From Pseudomonadota bacterium (GTDB lineage: Bacteria; UBA10199; 2-02-FULL-44-16; JAAZCA01), in assembly GCA_043798915.1 (NCBI GenBank), contig JAZDOG010000070.1, positions 1 through 44,103 of the forward strand: a stretch of DNA of 44,103 nucleotides. Direction: 5' to 3'. Shown here piece after piece: positions 8,586-19,206 of this stretch (its first letter is position 1; each line of letters begins with the position of its first letter). Below the pieces are notes generated by a model. The model did not search any database. It was not told where the DNA came from and was given only the letters and a program-made list of their open reading frames with translations. The translations under genes were made by a program, and so were the position numbers.

Positions 8586-9998
8586 ATGGCAATTTCGAAG
8601 GCGTTGAAACTCGCGGAGGAGAACAAAGCGAAGATGGTGGATTTCAAATTCGTGGATTTCCCGGGGGTCTGGCAGCATTTCACCGTTCCGGTCTCCGAGC
8701 TCGACGAGGGCTCGTTTGAAGAGGGGTTCGGCTTCGATGGTTCTTCGATACGCGGCTGGCAGCCGATCCACGCTTCGGACATGCTCATCATCCCCGACCC
8801 GAAGACCGCCATCATGGACCCGTTCATGGCCGAGGCCACGCTCTCGCTCACCTGCAACATCGTCGACCCGATCACGAAGGAGCCGTACACCCGCGACCCG
8901 CGCCACATCGCCCAGAAAGCGGAGGCCTATCTCAAGTCCACAGGGATCGCCGATCAGGCGCTCTACGGGCCCGAGGCCGAGTTCTTCATATTCGATCACA
9001 TAGCGTTCGACCAGACGCCGAACATGGCCTTCTATCACATCGACTCAGTGGAAGGTCAGTGGAACAGCGGGTCGGACAAAGAGCAGAACCTGGGCTACAA
9101 GCCTCGGTTCAAGGAGGGATATTTCCCGGTCGCCCCCACGGACAGCCAGCAGGACCTGCGCACCGAGATGGTCCTCGAGATGCAGAGGGTCGGCATCCAC
9201 GTCGAGTGCCAGCATCACGAAGTGGCGACCGCCGGTCAGGCGGAGATCGACATGCGCTTCGCGCCGCTCACCCTGCAGGGCGACAATCTTCTCTGGTTCA
9301 AATACATCGTGAAGAACGTCGCGCGCCGCCACAACAAGACGGCGACCTTCATGCCCAAGCCGATCTTTGAGGACAACGGCAGCGGGATGCACGTCCATGT
9401 ATCGCTGTGGAAGAATGACAAGCCTCTCTTCGCCGGCGACCGCTATGGCGGCCTTTCTGAGATGGCCCTCCATTTTGCGGGCGGGCTCTTGAAGCATGCA
9501 AAGTCGCTCTGCGCGTTCACGAACCCCACGACGAACTCGTACCGGAGGCTCGTGCCTGGCTTCGAGGCCCCGATCAACCTAGCGTATTCGAGCCGCAACC
9601 GCTCCGCCGCCATCCGCATACCGATGTATTCGGCGAACCCGAAGTCCAAGAGGATCGAATTCAGGATCCCCGACCCGTCGTGTAACGGATATCTGGCTTT
9701 TGCGGCCATACTCATGGCCGGGCTGGACGGCGTGGAAGGTGGAATTGACCCGGGCGCGCCGCTGGACAAGAACATCTATAAGCTCTCCCCGGAGGAGAGG
9801 AAGGATGTGAAGCAGGCGCCCGGTTCGCTCGAGGAGGCCCTCGCGGCGCTCAAGGCGGACCATGCCTATCTTCTGCGGGGCAACGTCTTCACGCAGGACG
9901 TCATCGATACGTGGATCGACTACAAGATGGAACACGAGGTGAGCCCGATGCGGCTTCGCCCCGTGCCGCACGAATTCAATCTGTATTACGACATCTGA
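8586..9998 (+). CDS. glnA: Glutamine synthetase type I
   Basis: [46 protein letters not shown] adenylylation site. Confidence 0.98.
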   Translation: MAISKALKLAEENKAKMVDFKFVDFPGVWQHFTVPVSELDEGSFEEGFGFDGSSIRGWQPIHASDMLIIPDPKTAIMDPFMAEATLSLTCNIVDPITKEPYTRDPRHIAQKAEAYLKSTGIADQALYGPEAEFFIFDHIAFDQTPNMAFYHIDSVEGQWNSGSDKEQNLGYKPRFKEGYFPVAPTDSQQDLRTEMVLEMQRVGIHVECQHHEVATAGQAEIDMRFAPLTLQGDNLLWFKYIVKNVARRHNKTATFMPKPIFEDNGSGMHVHVSLWKNDKPLFAGDRYGGLSEMALHFAGGLLKHAKSLCAFTNPTTNSYRRLVPGFEAPINLAYSSRNRSAAIRIPMYSANPKSKRIEFRIPDPSCNGYLAFAAILMAGLDGVEGGIDPGAPLDKNIYKLSPEERKDVKQAPGSLEEALAALKADHAYLLRGNVFTQDVIDTWIDYKMEHEVSPMRLRPVPHEFNLYYDI

Positions 9999-10068
9999 TA
10001 AAAAAAGGCCCGAAGCGATTCGAGCAGGGGGGTGCTCTTCAAACCGCTGCCGGGCCCAACTTCAACTT

Positions 10069-12204
10069 CTACAAAATCGTGAGAGGCTTGACTCTCCTCC
10101 TCGCAAGCGCGATCGACAGAACCGCAATGGCAAGCGCCATCGCCGCGAGTTCATCCGCGGATGAGGCTGTCGACGGCGCGAGCGAACATCCGCCGTGTGA
10201 CGACGATGCAGTCGCAGCGCTCGCCGGCTGCAATGGTGTCTGATTGGAGTCGAAGCTGCCGGAAGCCCCGCCCTTGATGGCCGCCTCCATGGCGGCAAGC
10301 GTGTCCAGTTTTCCATATCCCCAGCGGTTGTTCGGCACGCTCCCCACCATCGAGTCGACATATGCGCTCTTCACCAGGTAGCCCTTCACATCCTCGGACG
10401 TGAAATTGTGGTTGGCCGAGAATATGAGCGCGACGCTCCCCGAAACGAACGGCGCGGACATGCTGGTCCCCGCCTGCATCACGTGCTGCTTGTCCGGGAG
10501 CAGCAGCTGGCTGCTCACCTTTGCCGTGGAGGAGAGCGCGGAGGCGATCATCCCGCCGGGGGCCGCGAGGTCCGGCTTCTGACCCGTGGCGGAGGAGTTG
10601 GCCGAGGGGCCGGAACTCGAGAAGTCGAGGATATTGCCTATTTCGAATGTCACCTGGCAGCAGCCGGGTTCGTTGTCCCATTTGTTGCGCGTGGCGTAGC
10701 CCGCGACGGCGATGATGTCGGGGGATGTGGCGGGCACCGCGATGCTCTTCGCCCGGTCGCCGGCGATGAAGCTCCAGCCCGCACCCAGGTCTCCTGAGGA
10801 GGAGGTGAACTCGATCGTTCGCGACGGTTTGTCCGGGAAGGCCCATGCGTCGAACGATCCCTTTCCGCCTATCACGAGGTCGAAGCTGTATTGGGACGGA
10901 GAGGCGACCGACCGATTGAGCACGATGGTCACGCCCACATGCGGCTTGCCGTTCAAGCTGCTCGCGGTCTCGCTCGTGTTGATTATGTAGGAGATATTTC
11001 CGTCGAGGAAGGAACCGCTCTTGCTGTTGCCCGCTTCCACCTGGTTCGAATAATCGAGCGGATATCCTGATGGATCGCCTTTGTGAATCGCAAGCCCGGC
11101 CGAGAAGGCGCTCCCCTTCGAACCCCACAGATCGATGTAATAGATGAGGTCGTGGCTCACCTGCCTGATCACGAAGTTGACCGCAGCTGTGCCGTTCACG
11201 GCGCCGCCGGCATGGATGCCGGTGAAATTGGTTTCGGAGTAATACTCGTTGCCGGCCGCGGCGACGATCGCCCTGCCGGCCTGCTTGTGGACGAGCCCCG
11301 CGAGGCACTGCTCGAAGAGCGAGCTCCCGTCGTGCGGCCCGATGTGCGTGCCGAGGCTCAAGTTCACCACCGCGGGCATGCCGAGGGCCTTCGCCTTCTC
11401 GAATACGTAGTAGGCGCCCTGGCATATCTTCGAGGAAAATATGGTGTCCGCGTAGCCGGTCTCCAGGTCGAGGCTGGAATCGTAGTTCACTGCGATGATG
11501 TTTGCGTCCGGGGCGACGCCGCCATACCTGGCATTGTTGCCCGCCATGATCCCGGCCACGTGAGTGCCGTGGCCGTCAGCGTCACCAAAGCGGCACGTGC
11601 CGTCGGCGATGGATTTTGCAAGGCACTCCGTGCCGAAGGTGTTTTCTATCTCGGCAGGGCCGGGGCCTGATGTGCTGTTCTGATCCCATATCGCGAGGAC
11701 GCGGTTCTTCCCCTGGGCGTCGGCGAAGTCCGGGTGGCGGTAATCGATGCCGGTGTCGAGGAGGCCGACTATCACGCCGCTCCCTGTGTAAGCCGATGTA
11801 AGGCCGGCGCCGGAATGAACGTCGGAGGCGTTTATCTCGGCCACCGCCATATCGTTTTTGGTGTGGAGGGGTTTCGCGCCTTCGACGAAGACCACATCGC
11901 CGCCCTGGGCGATCGCCGCGATGGAGGCTGCATCGACCGTCGCCGTGAGTATGTCGCCAATCACGGTGTGGACGCTGCCGCCGTTTGCGGCTACTGCATC
12001 CCTGGTCTTCTGGATGTCGGAGCTCTTTATGAAGATGTCGACCGGGCGCTCGGCCCCGGCAGGCAGGCCGATCGAGGATGCCTTGATGGCTTTTGTCAGG
12101 GGATAGGAGTCCAGATACGGATCGACCTTCGTCTCTGCCCCCGCCTGGACTGCGGCAAAGACGATGGAAAGCCACACCGCTATTGAGATTGATCGCTTGA
12201 TCAT
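10069..12204 (-). CDS. Secreted S8 subtilisin-family peptidase with inserted domain and GlyGly/MYXO-CTERM-like tail
   Basis: LDTG, HGTHVAG, AAGNE, GTSMSAP; signal peptide; GGCS...hydrophobic helix...RRR C-terminus. Confidence 0.92.
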   Translation of the reverse strand: MIKRSISIAVWLSIVFAAVQAGAETKVDPYLDSYPLTKAIKASSIGLPAGAERPVDIFIKSSDIQKTRDAVAANGGSVHTVIGDILTATVDAASIAAIAQGGDVVFVEGAKPLHTKNDMAVAEINASDVHSGAGLTSAYTGSGVIVGLLDTGIDYRHPDFADAQGKNRVLAIWDQNSTSGPGPAEIENTFGTECLAKSIADGTCRFGDADGHGTHVAGIMAGNNARYGGVAPDANIIAVNYDSSLDLETGYADTIFSSKICQGAYYVFEKAKALGMPAVVNLSLGTHIGPHDGSSLFEQCLAGLVHKQAGRAIVAAAGNEYYSETNFTGIHAGGAVNGTAAVNFVIRQVSHDLIYYIDLWGSKGSAFSAGLAIHKGDPSGYPLDYSNQVEAGNSKSGSFLDGNISYIINTSETASSLNGKPHVGVTIVLNRSVASPSQYSFDLVIGGKGSFDAWAFPDKPSRTIEFTSSSGDLGAGWSFIAGDRAKSIAVPATSPDIIAVAGYATRNKWDNEPGCCQVTFEIGNILDFSSSGPSANSSATGQKPDLAAPGGMIASALSSTAKVSSQLLLPDKQHVMQAGTSMSAPFVSGSVALIFSANHNFTSEDVKGYLVKSAYVDSMVGSVPNNRWGYGKLDTLAAMEAAIKGGASGSFDSNQTPLQPASAATASSSHGGCSLAPSTASSADELAAMALAIAVLSIALARRRVKPLTIL

Positions 12205-12227
12205 CCAGCCCCCTGCTTCACTATTGT

Positions 12228-12253
12228 TATCGGCAGGATTCTGGATTTGTTGC
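12228..12253 (-). promoter_or_regulatory. GCAAC-N14-GCCGATA motif upstream of the S8 protease
   Basis: Reverse complement gcaac-aaatccagaatcct-gccgata(a); GCCGATAA is the sigma-28 -10 consensus. Confidence 0.5.
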
Positions 12254-12342
12254 TCGATTTTTTTGCTTTTTCAGCGAGCAGAGCAATCCCTTATTTCTCA
12301 AATAAGGGAAAAGTCTTTTAAAAACAGCTATTTATCGCTCTA

Positions 12343-13608
12343 TCAGGCCGTCGCAGGGGAGGCCTGAACCCGCCCCATCGCCGCGGCGTGGTGTGGAGGC
12401 CGGACGATTATCGCCAACGCCGTCGCCAGGAGGCACACGATGGCCGCCGTGACGAAGGCCCAGAAATGGGAGCCCAGAACGTCGTAGACCCGGCCGGCCA
12501 GTATCGGCATGACTATGCCGCCCACGCCATAGGCCGTGAACAACGCGCCGTAGTTGGCGCCAAGGTTTTTTGTCCCGAAGGATTCAGCGGCTGCCAGTGG
12601 GAAGAGGGAGAAATTTCCTCCGAAGTTGAAGCCGATCCAGCAGGCTGCGACCGTGAGCGCTATCTCGTGCGAGCCCATACGATAGAGGGCGAACAGCATG
12701 ATGGCCTGCAGGGCCGTCATGATGGCGATGGAGCGTCTGGCCCCCAGTTTTTGCGACAGGGTTCCCCAGGCTATTCTGCCCAGCCCGTTGAAGAGCGCCA
12801 GAAGGCCCAGCGCGGAGCCGGCTACCGAGGACGAAAGGGAGCACTCCCCCTCGCCGAAGTTCTTGAGGCAGCCTATCACCATGAGGCCCGCTCCGGCGGA
12901 GAAGACGAATGCGAGCCACAGGAGCCAGAACGGCTTTGTCCGGATGCACTCACCCTGCGAAAAATCCTCGGCCACTCCCTGGTTTGTCTGCGCGATTTTG
13001 GGCATCCAGCCGGCGGGTTTCCATCCAGCCGGCGGGTTCGAGAGGAGCAGGGCGCCCGCGGTGACGCAGACGATGAAGATCAGGCCGAATATCATGAAGG
13101 TGCCATTCACGCCGCGCGTGGCGATCAGATTGCCCCACGTTCCAGCGAGCTTGACGAAGATGAAGGCGCCGGCGCCGAAGCCCGCCACCGCGAGGCCGGT
13201 TACGAAGCCTTTGAGATCAGGAAACCATTTCACGCACGCGGCGATGGGGCAGACATAACCAAGCCCGATGCCTGCGCCGCCGACCACTCCGATGAGCAGA
13301 AAAAGCGGCCAGAAGCCGTGCGAGCCCGTCAAACCTGCCAGGAGATAGCCGACGCCAAGGACGATGCCGCCGGCCAGGGCGACCTTGCGCGGGCCGATCT
13401 TGTCCTGCCAGCGCCCCGCCAGTATCATCACTATGGCAAACGTTGCGAGCCCGGCTGAGAAAATCGCCTGGGCCTGCATGGCCGAAAAGGCAAATGGTCC
13501 GGCCGGATCCTGCAGTGCCTTCGTGAAGGCGCCCCAAGCGTAGATGGCGCCGAGACATAGTTGGACAAGCAGTGCACCGACGACGACCAACCAGCGTTTT
13601 TTATCCAT
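12343..13608 (-). CDS. MFS transporter, oxalate/formate antiporter (OFA) family
   Basis: LGAIYAW, GRWQDKIGPR, KWFPDLKG, FGTKNLGANYG; about 12 TM segments. Confidence 0.9.
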   Translation of the reverse strand: MDKKRWLVVVGALLVQLCLGAIYAWGAFTKALQDPAGPFAFSAMQAQAIFSAGLATFAIVMILAGRWQDKIGPRKVALAGGIVLGVGYLLAGLTGSHGFWPLFLLIGVVGGAGIGLGYVCPIAACVKWFPDLKGFVTGLAVAGFGAGAFIFVKLAGTWGNLIATRGVNGTFMIFGLIFIVCVTAGALLLSNPPAGWKPAGWMPKIAQTNQGVAEDFSQGECIRTKPFWLLWLAFVFSAGAGLMVIGCLKNFGEGECSLSSSVAGSALGLLALFNGLGRIAWGTLSQKLGARRSIAIMTALQAIMLFALYRMGSHEIALTVAACWIGFNFGGNFSLFPLAAAESFGTKNLGANYGALFTAYGVGGIVMPILAGRVYDVLGSHFWAFVTAAIVCLLATALAIIVRPPHHAAAMGRVQASPATA

Positions 13609-13745
13609 GACCCCTCCCTGGGTTATCTCTGACGATCTCAGCTATCAGCAAGCCTTTTTCATTGCAAGATTCCTTTCGCTTCTGCTAGCGTAGATGGCTC
13701 GATATTGAGCGAGACAAAAAGACCGTTCAACCAAAAGGGGGAATT

Positions 13746-14777
13746 ATGAAGAGATTTTCAATAGCGGTCATGGCGGCGGCGGCGTTTTTTGCCCTGTGGG
13801 GCTGCTCCAAGGGGGCCAAGCTCTCCGTTTCCGCGCCTGCTTCGGCGGCCCAGCCCGGTGACGTGGCTGCGGCGGTTGGCGGCGAGACGATAACGATGGG
13901 TGAGCTCAACGATGCGGCGAAGAGCCAGCTCCAGAGGGTCGACACGGAGGTGTACCAGATAAAGAAGAGGGTGCTGGACGACCTCGTGGAGGCGAAGCTC
14001 ATCGAGGAAGCGGCCAAGAAGAAGGGCATGAGTGCCGACAAGTTTCTTACCGAGGAGATCGACGCCAAGGTGACGGCGCCCGCCGACAGCGACATACAGG
14101 CCGTGTACGATTCCAGCAAAGAGAGGCTTGGCAAGCCGCTGGAGGAGGTCAAGGGTCAGATCACCGAATATCTGAAGCAGAGCCGCAAGGCGCAGGCCAG
14201 AGGAAACCTTATCGCCGAGCTCAAGAAGGTGGCCGACGTAAAGATCAACATCGAGCCTCCGCGCGTCACGATAGACACCAAGGGCGCACCGTCGGTGGGC
14301 GACAAGGATGCCAAGATTACCTTCGTCGAATTCTCCGACTACCAGTGCCCGTTCTGCAAGAGGGTGCGGCCGACGATCTGGCGGCTCACGGACGAGTACA
14401 AGGGCAAGGTCCGCTATGTCTTCATGGATTTCCCCCTCTCGTTCCACAAGGACTCCAAAAAGGCGCACGAGGCGGCACATTGCGCGGGCGACCAGGGCAA
14501 ATACTTCGAGTACAACAAGGCGATTTTCGACAACCAGACCAACATCGGCGTCGAGGACTTGAAGAAGTACGCGAAGGAGCTGAAGCTCAACACGAAGGAT
14601 TTCGACAAATGCCTCACGGGCGGCAAGCATGCCAGGACGGTGGAAGACTCCGTGGCTGCGGCGAGCAAGATCGGGGTCACCGGCACGCCGGCATACTTCA
14701 TCAACGGCATAATGCTCTCCGGCGCGATGCCCTATGAATCGTTCAAGGATGTCATAGAGTCGGAATTGAAGAAATAA
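13746..14777 (+). CDS. DsbA-family thioredoxin lipoprotein with SurA-like N-terminal helical domain
   Basis: LWGC lipobox; EFSDYQCPFC; GVTGTPAYFING. Confidence 0.9.
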   Translation: MKRFSIAVMAAAAFFALWGCSKGAKLSVSAPASAAQPGDVAAAVGGETITMGELNDAAKSQLQRVDTEVYQIKKRVLDDLVEAKLIEEAAKKKGMSADKFLTEEIDAKVTAPADSDIQAVYDSSKERLGKPLEEVKGQITEYLKQSRKAQARGNLIAELKKVADVKINIEPPRVTIDTKGAPSVGDKDAKITFVEFSDYQCPFCKRVRPTIWRLTDEYKGKVRYVFMDFPLSFHKDSKKAHEAAHCAGDQGKYFEYNKAIFDNQTNIGVEDLKKYAKELKLNTKDFDKCLTGGKHARTVEDSVAAASKIGVTGTPAYFINGIMLSGAMPYESFKDVIESELKK

Positions 14778-14790
14778 TGACAAATTAGTT

Positions 14791-16071
14791 ATGCTCGATC
14801 TCAAATTCATCCGCGACAACATCGATGCGGTCCGGAAGAACTGCGCGGACCGCAACGTCCGGGTGGACTTGGGCCTGTTCCTCAATCTTGAGGAGGAGCG
14901 CCGGTCGAAGATAGGCCAGCTCGAGGAGATCCGCCGCCTGCAGAACGAGACGGCGCAATCGATGAAGGGGAAGATTGAGCCGGATGTGCGCGCAAAGCTC
15001 ATCGAGGAGGGCCGCGCGCTCAAGGCGAAGGGTGCGGAGGAGGATGGGATCCTTCAAAAGACCGAGGCGGAGCTCGATGCCCTCGTCCGCCAGATACCCA
15101 ACATGACGCACCCGGATTCTCCGGTCGCCGCGACGGAAGAGGGAAACCGCGAGATCCGCCGATGGGGCGAGCCAGCGAAGTTCCCGTTCAAACCGCTGGA
15201 CCACGTCGAGCTTGGCGAGAAACTGGACCTCATCGATTTCAACGCGGGTGCCAAGGTCGCCGGACAGAAGTTCTACTATCTCAAGAACGAAGCGGTGCTG
15301 CTCGAACAGGCGCTCGTCTGCCATACATTGAACCTGCTGCGCAGCGAAGGCTTTACACCCGTCGCCACGCCGGACCTTGCGCGCGCCTCCATCCTGGACG
15401 GCATAGGCTTCAATCCGCGCGGCGCGGAGACACAGATATACTCCATCGAGAATTCCGATCTCTGCCTGATAGCGACGGCGGAGATCACGCTGGGCGGGAT
15501 GTTCGCCGGCGCGGTCCTCTCGGAGGCGGAGCTCCCCTTGAAGTTCGTCGGCGTCTCGCACTGCTTCAGGACGGAGGCCGGCGCAGCTGGCAGGGAATCG
15601 AAGGGGCTCTACCGCGTCCACCAGTTCACGAAGGTGGAGATGTTCGCGTTCACGCGGCCGGAGGAGTCGGGCGCGACGCACGAGGAGTTCGTCGGCCTCG
15701 AGGAAAAGATCTTCCAGGGGCTCCAAATTCCGTATCGCGTCGTCGACATCTGCACGGGCGATCTCGGCGGCCCCGCATTTAGAAAATACGACCTCGAGGC
15801 ATGGATGCCGGGCAGGGGCGAGGGCGGGAGCTGGGGCGAAGTGACCTCGACGTCCAACTGCACCGACTACCAGGCCAGGCGCCTGGGGATCCGCTTCAAA
15901 AGGGAGGGAGAGAAGAAGCCTCTCTTCGTCCACATGCTCAACGGCACCGCGGTCGCCACCTCCCGCGCCCTCATCGCGATCCTCGAAAACTTTCAGCAGG
16001 TCGACGGAAGCATCATCGTGCCGAAGGCGCTCCTTCCCTACATGGGCGGGGTCGAGCGAATCGCGCGATGA
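14791..16071 (+). CDS. serS: Serine--tRNA ligase
   Basis: MLDLKFIR, ATAE, CFRTEAG, GLYRVHQFTKVE, SNCTDYQARRL, HMLNGT. Confidence 0.98.
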   Translation: MLDLKFIRDNIDAVRKNCADRNVRVDLGLFLNLEEERRSKIGQLEEIRRLQNETAQSMKGKIEPDVRAKLIEEGRALKAKGAEEDGILQKTEAELDALVRQIPNMTHPDSPVAATEEGNREIRRWGEPAKFPFKPLDHVELGEKLDLIDFNAGAKVAGQKFYYLKNEAVLLEQALVCHTLNLLRSEGFTPVATPDLARASILDGIGFNPRGAETQIYSIENSDLCLIATAEITLGGMFAGAVLSEAELPLKFVGVSHCFRTEAGAAGRESKGLYRVHQFTKVEMFAFTRPEESGATHEEFVGLEEKIFQGLQIPYRVVDICTGDLGGPAFRKYDLEAWMPGRGEGGSWGEVTSTSNCTDYQARRLGIRFKREGEKKPLFVHMLNGTAVATSRALIAILENFQQVDGSIIVPKALLPYMGGVERIAR

Positions 16072-16098
16072 AAAAGGTTTGAGTCGCTATGGATTCGG

Positions 16099-16563
16099 TC
16101 AGAAATTCATCGCAAACCTGAGGCCATACAACCCTGGCGCCGCTTCGGGCGCGAGCGAATAGTACATCCCCTCTGTTTTGCCACGCTTGTGATAGCCGAG
16201 CACGGTCAGGAGCCCGCCGGTCACGCCCAGCGCGAGCCCCCCGGCGCCTACCGAAGCCCCGATCACCCTGTCGTGTTTCTTGGCTATCGCCACGATGCTT
16301 CCGCCGACCGCAGCGAGCGCGCCGGAGGTGGAGAGGATGTAGCCGGCCATGATGAGCCTGTCGGCGCTCTTCATCCGCCGATCTATTTCGCCCGCCGGGA
16401 TGGGCTGCCTCCCCGCCGGAGGGCCTTCATCCTTTCCGGCCTCGGGCCCTGCCTGCGAGGTGACGGCCTCACTCCTGGCGGGGCTCTCCCTTTTCATCGC
16501 GAACGATGGCTGGGGCAAGAGGATTGCGGCGAGCGCGGCGACTGCGGCCAGTTTTTTCAGCAT
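16099..16563 (-). CDS. Hypothetical exported/membrane protein
   Basis: Signal peptide, two Gly-rich hydrophobic helices, terminal strand ending in Phe. Confidence 0.65.
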   Translation of the reverse strand: MLKKLAAVAALAAILLPQPSFAMKRESPARSEAVTSQAGPEAGKDEGPPAGRQPIPAGEIDRRMKSADRLIMAGYILSTSGALAAVGGSIVAIAKKHDRVIGASVGAGGLALGVTGGLLTVLGYHKRGKTEGMYYSLAPEAAPGLYGLRFAMNF

Positions 16564-16711
16564 GGGGTTCCCCCTTTGGATAGCTTCAGAGATTATCTTA
16601 TACAGATCGGAAACGCCGCTGACAAGAGAGCACTTATCATTCAGACGCCGGCGATCATGACCAATTGAAACCGGCAGACAGTCCGATGGTTTTTGGTTTT
16701 TTTAATAAACA

Positions 16712-16740
16712 TTGCATCTTTTAATCAAATCAATTAAACT
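16712..16740 (+). promoter_or_regulatory. Sigma-70-like promoter of the TA operon
   Basis: TTGCAT-N17-TAAACT, ATG 7 nt downstream; three AATCAA copies overlap or flank it. Confidence 0.55.
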
Positions 16741-16747
16741 AATCAAT

Positions 16748-17239
16748 ATGGCTACAACTGAAAGAAAATTAACAGCTTTTGAAGCCAGAACTCATCTTGG
16801 GGAAGCCCTCGATTACATCCGTTACACAAGAAAACCATGTCTTATTGAGAAACACGGGAAGGTTGTTGCCGCCCTTGTTGATATCGAGACCTACAGGGCG
16901 CGCGCCCTCAAAGAGCAATATCGTGAGTGGATAAAAGATGTGGTCGAGAAAATAAAAGTCGGTTATCGCCCCCAAAAGATCATCTTGTTCGGCTCTGCCG
17001 CGGAGGAGCCAAGAGACGGCAGCGACATCGACCTTTTTATCATCAAGGAGACGGATAGGAGAATGATAGACCGCTCGGATGACGTCCTGGAATTCATCGA
17101 CCCTGCCACGCCTGTGGAATTGCATGTGTATACGCCGGAAGAGGTAAAGAACCGCCTTGAGATGGGCGATTTTTTTGTCGAACAAATCATCAAAAACGGG
17201 AAGATCCTTTATGAGCAAAGACCTCAAAAAAATGGCTGA
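16748..17239 (+). CDS. Phd/YefM-like domain fused to minimal nucleotidyltransferase (MNT)
   Basis: LTAFEARTHLGEAL...IEKHGKVVAALV (Phd); IILFGSA...SDIDLFII, VELHVYTPEE (MNT). Confidence 0.85.
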   Translation: MATTERKLTAFEARTHLGEALDYIRYTRKPCLIEKHGKVVAALVDIETYRARALKEQYREWIKDVVEKIKVGYRPQKIILFGSAAEEPRDGSDIDLFIIKETDRRMIDRSDDVLEFIDPATPVELHVYTPEEVKNRLEMGDFFVEQIIKNGKILYEQRPQKNG

Positions 17240-17606
17240 AGAGTGGTTCGACAGGGCCGCAAGCGACCTTAAATATGCGCGCGCGGGAGAAAAAGAGACC
17301 GGAGAGCATCACGTTACATGTTTTCTCTGTCATCAGGCAGTTGAAAAAACGCTGAAAGGTCTGATCGTGCTTGCAGACAAGGTCCCGCAGAAAACGCACC
17401 ATCTGGGCCTTTTGACCGGCGTCGCCGCGGCAGACTATCCCGCTATATATGGAATAGTGAAGGATATCCGCAGGCTCGACAAATTCTATGCGCCGTCGAG
17501 ATATCCCGGAGGGTTCGCACCCGAATTCAAATCAGAGGATGCCGAGCTCGCTATCTCAACGGCCAGCCATGTGCTGGACATCGCTTTGGCAGAACTCGAA
17601 CAATAA
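17211..17606 (+). CDS. HEPN domain protein
   Basis: CFLCHQAVEKTLKG, KTHHL, LDKFYAPSRYP; overlaps the MNT gene. Confidence 0.88.
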   Translation: MSKDLKKMAEEWFDRAASDLKYARAGEKETGEHHVTCFLCHQAVEKTLKGLIVLADKVPQKTHHLGLLTGVAAADYPAIYGIVKDIRRLDKFYAPSRYPGGFAPEFKSEDAELAISTASHVLDIALAELEQ

Positions 17607-17684
17607 ATCTTACTACTTTTTTATAGGTAATAAGTATGCTACTGTATTCTTCCGATCGCAGATATTTGTCAAAAAACCTTATGA

Positions 17685-18068
17685 TCACGCTGTCCCGCTC
17701 AAAAGGCGAGCCACCTTCAGGATCAATTCATCAAGGTCGAACGGTTTCGTCACAAAGTCGTCACAGCCGATTTCCTTGCCCCAGAACTGGTCGCTCTCCT
17801 CGGCCTTGGCGGTGAGAATGATGATGGGCAGGGTGCGGGTCGCCTCGTCTTGTTTGAGCTGGCGGCAGACCTGGTAACCGTTCATCTTGGGCAACATGAC
17901 GTCCAGGAGGATGAGGTCGGGGCGGGATTCCCGGACCCTTTCGAGCCCCTCCTGGCCGTTGCGCGCCTGATCGACCTCGTAACCGTTCATCTCAAGCCGG
18001 TCCTTCAAGAAAAGCCGGGTGTCCTCTTCGTCCTCGATCACGAGGATTTTCATTTGTTTCTCGCTCAT
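17685..18068 (-). CDS. Single-domain response regulator (PilH-like)
   Basis: ILVIEDE, PDLILLDVMLP, LTAK, SDQFWG, TKPF. Confidence 0.92.
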   Translation of the reverse strand: MSEKQMKILVIEDEEDTRLFLKDRLEMNGYEVDQARNGQEGLERVRESRPDLILLDVMLPKMNGYQVCRQLKQDEATRTLPIIILTAKAEESDQFWGKEIGCDDFVTKPFDLDELILKVARLLSGTA

Positions 18069-18096
18069 ACGGCTCCTGTTGAAGCGGACTTAAAAC

Positions 18097-19206
18097 CTAC
18101 ATATCCGCCGCTGTGGTTTCCCCCTGATTATCGGGGATCGGCAGGATCACCTGAAAGCGGGTCCCCTGACCGACCGCGCTCTCGACCTTGACCTTTCCAC
18201 CATGCATCTCGACGATCTCCTTGGTGATGGCAAGCCCCAAACCGGTTCCCTTGCCCCCCCCTCCCGCCTCATGCTCCACTTGATAGAATGGGTCAAAGAT
18301 TTTCTCAAGGTGCTCCGGGGAAATTCCCTCGCCGGTGTCCGAAACAGAAAAGACTCCCTCCTGGGGGGAAACGGTGAGCGCGATCGTGACCGTTCCCCCC
18401 GGAGGCGTGAACTTCAAGGCGTTTCCGATCAGGTTGAGGAGAACCTGTCTCATCCGTCCCTCGTCGAAATATAATTTTACCGGCGCCGCCGGAACTTCCA
18501 GTTTCAACCCGACACCCCGCAGGGCCGCCTGGGATTCGAATAATTCCGTAATATCCGTGAAAAAAGGGGCCGCCTCCGTCCACGCGCGCTTCAGGACGAT
18601 CTTTCTCGCCGCCAATTTGGACATGTCGAGGAGGTCGTTCACGATCTGCATGAGGCGATCGATGTTAGCGCCGACTCGGGAGAGATAATCCTTCATCTTC
18701 GGGTTCAACTCACCGGCGACGCCGGTGAAGAGATTCGAGACGATCCCCTTCATGTTGGTCAGTGGGGTTCGGAGTTCATGGGAGACGGTGCTGACGAACC
18801 GGTCCTTCATCTCCTGCACCTTTTTCCGTTCGATCGCATACTGGATGCTCCGGATGAGAAACTCTGGACGGACGCTTCCCTTCACAATGAAATCCTGGGC
18901 GCCCATCTGGACGACTTGCACCGCTGTTTCCCGATCGGAGAGGCCGCTTAAAATGATAACCGGGACCTCCGGGGCCAGCCGATGAATCTCCTTAAAGGAT
19001 CCGAGGCCGCTGCTGTCGGGAAGAGACAGGTCGACCAGCGCCACGTCAATTCCCCCTTGGGCGATTCGTTCCAACGCCTCTCTCAACGAGGCCGCATGGT
19101 GGACCTCGCACGACATCCCCTCCGCCTTGGCGAGCCCCCGTTTTACCAAGTGGGCGTCCTCGGGGTCGTCTTCAACCAAGAGGACGGTGAGCGAGCGGTC
19201 GCTCAT
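18097..19206 (-). CDS. Hybrid receiver-histidine kinase
   Basis: LLVEDD...DLSLPD receiver; SHELRTPL, NLIGNALKF, DTGEGI, GTGLGL. Confidence 0.93.
   Translation of the reverse strand: MSDRSLTVLLVEDDPEDAHLVKRGLAKAEGMSCEVHHAASLREALERIAQGGIDVALVDLSLPDSSGLGSFKEIHRLAPEVPVIILSGLSDRETAVQVVQMGAQDFIVKGSVRPEFLIRSIQYAIERKKVQEMKDRFVSTVSHELRTPLTNMKGIVSNLFTGVAGELNPKMKDYLSRVGANIDRLMQIVNDLLDMSKLAARKIVLKRAWTEAAPFFTDITELFESQAALRGVGLKLEVPAAPVKLYFDEGRMRQVLLNLIGNALKFTPPGGTVTIALTVSPQEGVFSVSDTGEGISPEHLEKIFDPFYQVEHEAGGGGKGTGLGLAITKEIVEMHGGKVKVESAVGQGTRFQVILPIPDNQGETTAADM

Noticed and set aside
10151..15933. Long alternative-frame and antisense ORFs (10151..11425, 13758..15023, 14785..15933)
   Set aside because: Shadows of high-GC3 genes (S8 protease, dsbA, serS) with no motifs of their own
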